Source: Candidatus Aminicenantes bacterium (GTDB taxonomy: Bacteria > Acidobacteriota > Aminicenantia > UBA2199). Taken from it: a stretch of 31,449 nucleotides of DNA. This document shows positions 26,367 to 31,449 of this stretch, one piece after another (positions within the stretch are counted from its first letter, which is position 1; each line of letters begins with the position of its first letter). The stretch covers positions 1 through 31,449 of the forward strand of contig JAGLQR010000001.1 of the NCBI GenBank assembly GCA_023136725.1, read 5' to 3'. The notes beneath the pieces are model-generated. The model was not told where the DNA came from, ran no database searches, and saw nothing but the letters and a program-made list of their open reading frames with translations. The translations under genes were made by a program, and so were the position numbers.

Positions 26367-27896
26367 ATGGGAAACTCAGAAAAACGAGCATTAATAAGTG
26401 TGTATTATAAAGACGGAATAGAAAATATCGGAAAAGCTCTTCATGAAAACGGCTGGGAAATAATATCAACCGGAGGAACTGCATTGTTTCTTGAGGAGAA
26501 CTCGATCCCTGTCACCAGAGTTTCTGATATCACCGGTTTTCCCGAGATCCTCGGAGGAAGAGTGAAAACATTGCACCCTAAGATTTTCGGCCCGATCCTG
26601 GCTCGGAAAAGTGAAGAACATCTCAAAGAACTGGAACAATTTTCTCTTTCAAAGATCGATCTGGTCATTGTAAACTTCTACCCTTTTGAAGAATTCCTTA
26701 AAAAAGATTCAAATCTTGAAACTATGATAGAAAAAATTGATATAGGCGGGCCAACTATGGTTAGAGCAGCTGCAAAAAACTATATGGATACGATAGTTAT
26801 TGTAAAAGAGAGTGATTATAACCTCGTTGAAGAAAAAGTGATTCCGGGTACTATTTCTTCTTCAGTCAGAAAAGAACTTTCATCAAAAGCTTTTTCATAT
26901 ACTTCATATTATGATTCACTTGTAGCAAACTATCTAAATGATGGAGCCGGTTTTGAAAATGATTTTCTCAATATAGCAGGAAAAAAATTCTTCTCTCTAA
27001 GATATGGTGAGAACCCTCACCAGAGAGGTGCCATCTTTATCACAGACAGTGATTCTCCCATAAAGAACCTTCATCAACTTCAGGGGAAACAGCTGTCATA
27101 TAACAATGTTCTGGATCTATCTGTTGTTTATGACATGATAAATCAATTCCAGGAAGAGAAAGATCATTTCTGTGTGGTAGTTAAACATCAAAATCCCTGT
27201 GGTGCTGCACTTCATTCCAGTCAAAGCAAAGCATTTGAAAATGCTCTTTCCGGGGATCCTGTATCTGCATTCGGAGGAATTATCGGATTTAATCACAAAG
27301 TTGATAAGTCAAGTGCTGAAAAAATGTCAAAAATATTTCTGGAAGTAATAATTGCTCCCGAATTTTCATTAGAATCGATCGATATTCTAAAAAAGAAAAA
27401 GAATCTCCGGCTAATTGAACTGAAACCAGGTTATTTGGAAAAGAATCATATTAAATCGATACAGGGAGGATTCATTATTCAGGAAAAAGATAATTTAAAT
27501 AAAAGCCAATCAGATTTCGATCTGAAAACCACACATGAATTAACTGAGAATGAGAAACAGGATGTTTCGTTCGGTTGGAAGATAATCAAATATATAAAAT
27601 CCAATGCTATCCTGATTGTAAAGGATCAGAAAATACTTGGAGTCGGTGCGGGACAAATGAGCAGAATAGATTCAGTTAATATTGCCATTAATAAATCAGG
27701 AAGCTCTGTAAAAGGGTCTATACTTTTATCCGATGCATTTTTCCCGTTTAGTGATTCGATTGAAACTGCCTCTGATGCAGGAATTAGTGTAGTTGTTGAA
27801 CCGGGAGGATCTGTCAGAGATGATGAGGTAATCAAAGCAGCTGACACATTTGGAATTTCACTTCTTTTTACAGGAGTTCGTCACTTCTTCCATTGA
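26367..27896 (+). CDS. purH: Bifunctional AICAR transformylase / IMP cyclohydrolase
   Basis: RALISVY.K, STGGTA, GRVKTLHPKI, IDIGGPTMVRAAAKN, LRYGENPHQ, KHQNPCG, DPVSAFGGI, GAGQMSRIDS, SDAFFPF and RHFFH. SD AAGGAG. Confidence 0.97.
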   Translation: MGNSEKRALISVYYKDGIENIGKALHENGWEIISTGGTALFLEENSIPVTRVSDITGFPEILGGRVKTLHPKIFGPILARKSEEHLKELEQFSLSKIDLVIVNFYPFEEFLKKDSNLETMIEKIDIGGPTMVRAAAKNYMDTIVIVKESDYNLVEEKVIPGTISSSVRKELSSKAFSYTSYYDSLVANYLNDGAGFENDFLNIAGKKFFSLRYGENPHQRGAIFITDSDSPIKNLHQLQGKQLSYNNVLDLSVVYDMINQFQEEKDHFCVVVKHQNPCGAALHSSQSKAFENALSGDPVSAFGGIIGFNHKVDKSSAEKMSKIFLEVIIAPEFSLESIDILKKKKNLRLIELKPGYLEKNHIKSIQGGFIIQEKDNLNKSQSDFDLKTTHELTENEKQDVSFGWKIIKYIKSNAILIVKDQKILGVGAGQMSRIDSVNIAINKSGSSVKGSILLSDAFFPFSDSIETASDAGISVVVEPGGSVRDDEVIKAADTFGISLLFTGVRHFFH

Positions 27897-27905
27897 TATT
27901 TTTCT

Positions 27906-28493
27906 TTATAGATCCTCTAAGGAAATATCCAGAATTTTTATCATTGAATAAAAAAGATTCAGAGGAAATCCCATCACATTGAAATAGCAACCACTAATTT
28001 TCTCAACAAATATAGAAGCTTTCCCCTGAATTGCATAGGCACCTGCTTTATCCATATAGGACTCATTGTCAAGGTATTTATTTATCTCAATGCCGGTGAT
28101 ATTTGAAAATTTCACTTCTGTTACAGAGTTCTTAATAATTTCTTTATCTTTATATAAAAGGGATACTCCGGTAATTACCTTGTGAATTTTCCCTGAGAGA
28201 AATTCCAACATTCTGAACGCATCTTCTCTTCCTGAAGGTTTTCCGATCATCCTGTTTTCAATAAGGACAATAGTATCCGCACTGATTATAAGATTATCAG
28301 AATAATTATTCTTCCTGATATATTTCCCCTTTTCGACAGCTATTCGTGACACAAAACTCTCAGGATCTTCACCGGATAAGATCTCTTCTTTGACTTGTGG
28401 GTTATGTACTTCAGGCTTAATATTTATTAAATTCAGAAGTTCAAGTCTTCTCGGAGACGAGGATGCAAGAATTGTATTTATTTTCACTTTCAT
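27906..28493 (-). CDS. maf: Maf-family nucleoside triphosphate pyrophosphatase (YhdE-type)
   Basis: ILASSSPRRLELL, ISADTIV, KP, LSGKIHKVITGV, DKAGAYAIQG and GCYFNVMGFP. Confidence 0.95.
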   Translation of the reverse strand: MKVKINTILASSSPRRLELLNLINIKPEVHNPQVKEEILSGEDPESFVSRIAVEKGKYIRKNNYSDNLIISADTIVLIENRMIGKPSGREDAFRMLEFLSGKIHKVITGVSLLYKDKEIIKNSVTEVKFSNITGIEINKYLDNESYMDKAGAYAIQGKASIFVEKISGCYFNVMGFPLNLFYSMIKILDISLEDL

Positions 28494-28502
28494 TAGGTTA
28501 GT

Positions 28503-28511
28503 ATTATAACA
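28503..28511 (-). promoter_or_regulatory. Internal extended -10 promoter for maf
   Basis: Minus strand TGtTATAAT fills the 18-nt pilR-maf gap, 9 nt before ATG 28493. No SD. Confidence 0.55.
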
Positions 28512-29909
28512 CTACCTGATCTTGAGGCTATACTTATCGATCAGATATCTTAATGATCTGTAACTCAGCATAAGCATATCCGCTGTTTTTTTAAGGTTAA
28601 ATTCTTTTAATGACAAAGCTTTAAGAAGTATCTCTTTGCTAACGCTATCAATATATTCATTAAAATCAAATTTTTCATTTACCAATAGTTTATCAAATGC
28701 AAGCCCGGTATTAGTCTCGGTTATTTCGCTGAAAGTGTCATCCACCGGAACTGAGCTGATGGTAATATAATTGCTCTTTTCAAGAGTCATTGCTCTTTCA
28801 ATAAAATTACTGAGTTCTCTTATATTCCCGGGCCATGAATAATTCTCAAAAAAAAGAAGTGCGGATTTCTCTACTCCTTTTATTTCCTTAGAGAATTTTT
28901 TATTGTACATTTCAATAAAATGATTTAAAAGAAGTAGAATATCTTCTCTCCTTTCTCTTAACGGAGGCAGAATAATAGGAATAACATTTAAGCGATAATA
29001 CAGATCAGACCTGAAAGTACCATCTTCAATACTATCCTTTAAATTTTTATTTGTTGCAGAAATTATCCGGCTGTTTATACTTATCTCCTCATTACTACCT
29101 ATAGGTTTTATCTTTTTTTCCTGGATTGCCCTCAAGAGCTTAACCTGCATCTGAAGTGACATGTCCCCTATTTCATCAAGAAAAAGTGTCCCGTTATCTG
29201 CTTCCTCAAATAATCCTTTTTTATCGGCATAAGCATCTGTAAAAGACCCTTTCTTATGTCCGAAAAGTTCACTCTCAAGAAGAGTCTCAGGAAGTGCACT
29301 GCAATTTATTGAAATAAACTTCTCCTTTGCTCTACAGCTTTTATTATGAATTGCCTTTGCAATAAGTTCCTTCCCGGTGCCACTCTCCCCGCTGATCAAG
29401 ACGGTAGAATCATTCTCTGACATACTTTCGATCAGTACGAAAATTTCCAGCATATGCTTACTTTTGCCTATTATCTTTTCATACTCCGTCCAGGAACCTA
29501 TTTTGGATTTTAGTTCAATATTTTCCTCTTCAATTTTTTTCCTGTATATTGCCTTTTCGATAACCACCTTCAATTCATCGATATTGAATGGTTTTGTAAT
29601 ATATTGTTCCGCTCCGATCTTCATTGCTTCTATTGCGTCATTTGTAGAAGCATGACCTGTTATCATAATTACAGGTATCTTTTCATCTTTCTTTTTTATT
29701 ATATTGAGTAATTCTATCCCATCCATATCAGGCATCTTTATATCAGAAATAACAAGATTAATTTTATTCTTTTTTAAATGTATGAGAGCTTTTTTACCAT
29801 CTTCAGCAGTCAGGACATTGTAATTTTCATCTTTAAGAACAATTGAAAGCATATCTCTAATGCTTTCATCATCATCAACTATCAGTACATTCAGCCCGTT
29901 TTGAACCAT
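28512..29909 (-). CDS. pilR: Sigma54-dependent response regulator, NtrC family (PilR-like)
   Basis: Receiver (VDDD, SDIKMP), AAA+ (GESGTGKE, ESELFGH, GSFTDA, LFLDEIG, FRSDLYYRL, WPGNIREL) and HTH ending SYRSLRYLI, typical of PilR. Downstream of a PilS-like kinase. Confidence 0.85.
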   Translation of the reverse strand: MVQNGLNVLIVDDDESIRDMLSIVLKDENYNVLTAEDGKKALIHLKKNKINLVISDIKMPDMDGIELLNIIKKKDEKIPVIMITGHASTNDAIEAMKIGAEQYITKPFNIDELKVVIEKAIYRKKIEEENIELKSKIGSWTEYEKIIGKSKHMLEIFVLIESMSENDSTVLISGESGTGKELIAKAIHNKSCRAKEKFISINCSALPETLLESELFGHKKGSFTDAYADKKGLFEEADNGTLFLDEIGDMSLQMQVKLLRAIQEKKIKPIGSNEEISINSRIISATNKNLKDSIEDGTFRSDLYYRLNVIPIILPPLRERREDILLLLNHFIEMYNKKFSKEIKGVEKSALLFFENYSWPGNIRELSNFIERAMTLEKSNYITISSVPVDDTFSEITETNTGLAFDKLLVNEKFDFNEYIDSVSKEILLKALSLKEFNLKKTADMLMLSYRSLRYLIDKYSLKIR

Positions 29910-31449
29910 ATCATCACCTCAGTTCCTTTTTTTTGCTCACTATTGATCCTTATTTTAAACCCATGTTCATCCAATACCCTCTTTACGATGGCCATTCCCA
30001 GTCCGATTCCTGAAGTAAATTTAGAGAAGAAAGGGATAAATACTTTCGATAACTCCTCACTCTTCATCCCAGCTCCATTATCTGCAACAGACATAACTAT
30101 AACACCATTTTCTTTAAAAATATTAATCTCAATGATGCCATTACCATTGAAGGATTTTATACTATTGTTCACAATATTCCATATAACCTGATTAATTTTC
30201 TTTTTATCAGCAATAATTTTATTGCCTTTGCCATACCTCTTCCTGAAATGGATATCTCTGCTATTTAATAATGCAATCTCAATAATTTCATCGATAACTA
30301 ATGCCAGATCAAAATTCTCTTTATTTAAAGGAGAGGTTTTGCTGAATTGCAGAAACTCTTCAATTGAATCAGAAAGTCTAGCTGATTCTTTTACTACGAT
30401 ACCCATAAGATTTCTGGATTCTTCTTTAAGAGAGAGATCTTTCTGAAGATATTGAATAGATCCTGATATTGACGCTAGCGGGTTCCTTATCTCATGGGCA
30501 AGGCCAGCTGACATTTCTCCTATCAGGGCAAAATGTTCCTTCTGCTTTAACACTTCCTCGATCTGTCTCTTTGTTGTCAGATCTGACACAAGGAGCACAA
30601 AAACTTCCCTGAATGCATATATATCCTTTATTATTGAGATAGTGATCTCAAGGATACTATCTTTTCTCTTTAATTCAATAATATGCCTGTTGTGGGATTT
30701 TATAATATTCTCCCGTAATTCTGATATTGATTTTGTCCTTATGATCTTTAATATATTAGAATTATCTCTTAGATTGAAAATAACTTTAGCTTTCTCGTTA
30801 TATGATATTATTTTCCCTTCAGAATTACTAACTATAAGTCCATCCACCATTCTTTCAAGAACCATATTGTTTACAAGTATCAGATCTTTCAAGTTTTCCC
30901 TGACACTCCTTAACTCATTCCCCTTTCTTTTTAAACTTTCAAAATAGTAGGAAGAAATAAATGCAAAAAATGCAAAAGCAATAAAACTTACAATAAGGTT
31001 ATATACAAAATCTTCATTTGTAATTTCAAAATCGAATGGCCCCGGGAAAGAGTTTATAACCCTCATGTACATCAGATCCGAGATCAAACCGAATATAATA
31101 TATGAAAGGGCAGCAGTATAAACAGTATCACGTCTGGATAGAAATATTGCTGATATTAATATTGGGAGAAAATACAAAAAATAAAATGGACTTGATACAC
31201 CTCCCGAAAAATAAACCAAACCGGTTATTATAATTATATCGGTAAATATCTGTAAGTATATCGAAAATCTTGTGCTTTTCCTGTTTGAGATTGAAAAAAG
31301 TAATAAACTGACTATTATTGAGATAATAATAAAAACAAGAATAGGAATTATAGGAAAAGATATCTGAAACAGGAGGGATAGAACTGCAATAATCAGGAAA
31401 ACAAAAAGTATAGTAATACGTATTGAATTTATAAGTAAAAAACGCCGTT
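29891..31449 (-). CDS. pilS: Sensor histidine kinase, PilS-like (5'-truncated by the window edge)
   Basis: The frame stays open from 31447 (RRFLLINSIRITILF...LQIFTDIIIITGLVYFSGGVSSPFYFLY), matching the PilS 6-TM domain. PAS-like region, H-box AGLAHEIRNPL, NIVNNS, DNGAGM, PFF and GIGLGM. Confidence 0.88.
   Translation of the reverse strand, partial: RRFLLINSIRITILFVFLIIAVLSLLFQISFPIIPILVFIIISIIVSLLLFSISNRKSTRFSIYLQIFTDIIIITGLVYFSGGVSSPFYFLYFLPILISAIFLSRRDTVYTAALSYIIFGLISDLMYMRVINSFPGPFDFEITNEDFVYNLIVSFIAFAFFAFISSYYFESLKRKGNELRSVRENLKDLILVNNMVLERMVDGLIVSNSEGKIISYNEKAKVIFNLRDNSNILKIIRTKSISELRENIIKSHNRHIIELKRKDSILEITISIIKDIYAFREVFVLLVSDLTTKRQIEEVLKQKEHFALIGEMSAGLAHEIRNPLASISGSIQYLQKDLSLKEESRNLMGIVVKESARLSDSIEEFLQFSKTSPLNKENFDLALVIDEIIEIALLNSRDIHFRKRYGKGNKIIADKKKINQVIWNIVNNSIKSFNGNGIIEINIFKENGVIVMSVADNGAGMKSEELSKVFIPFFSKFTSGIGLGMAIVKRVLDEHGFKIRINSEQKKGTEVMIWFKTG

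Noticed and set aside
153-30947. The many 60-130 aa ORFs in the six-frame track (for example 880-1182, 1842-2186, 3908-4210, 4301-4624, 15262-15600, 16622-17005, 21052-21342, 30642-30947)
   Set aside because: All lie inside, or antisense to, well-supported genes. They are Ile/Ser/Phe-rich, as expected for shadow frames of AT-rich coding DNA, and have no motifs or ribosome-binding sites.
1-31449. CRISPR arrays, IS elements, prophage or defence genes, recoding (selenocysteine, frameshifts)
   Set aside because: No regularly spaced repeats, transposase/integrase/phage motifs or split genes were seen. TGA stops fall at the expected protein ends.

Overview
A gene-dense, AT-rich (roughly 35% GC by eye) core-genome segment of a diderm bacterium. 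The gene content and order (TonB-dependent receptor, lipoprotein, PilS/PilR, holB-ricT, phoH-7TM-HD-ybeY) resemble Acidobacteria, Aminicenantes or Deltaproteobacteria, but taxonomy cannot be fixed from this window. It holds about 29 CDS and one tRNA-Pro(CGG): ftsE (5' cut)-ftsX; holB-ricT; hslV-hslU-Fn3 lipoprotein-DUF362/ferredoxin; nucleoside-phosphorylase-like-2-hydroxyacid dehydrogenase-M1/M28/PDZ peptidase fusion; lepB-ktrB-ktrA; hypothetical-citD/citE fusion-citF; phoH-PgpH-like HD protein-ybeY-DUF72; tRNA-Pro; TonB-dependent receptor; PspC protein; lytic transglycosylase; purH; pilS (5' cut)-pilR-maf. I found no mobile element, CRISPR array, defence gene, rRNA, riboswitch or pseudogene, so this is mostly ordinary housekeeping DNA and no clearly new system stands out. 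The best leads are: (1) a CitD-CitE fusion plus CitF whose ACP-like domain has Arg where the prosthetic-group Ser should align, with no citC/G/X nearby; (2) repeated sigma70 promoters that place the transcription start at or next to the ATG (leaderless mRNAs); (3) a secreted M1-like + M28 + PDZ triple fusion lacking the GAMEN motif; (4) six convergent junctions of 21 nt or less with no terminator hairpins, one a CDS whose stop codon lies inside the tRNA acceptor stem; (5) an ECF-sigma-type promoter before the PspC gene; (6) strong CCGG and GATC enrichment. All family calls come from recognised motifs, not database searches.
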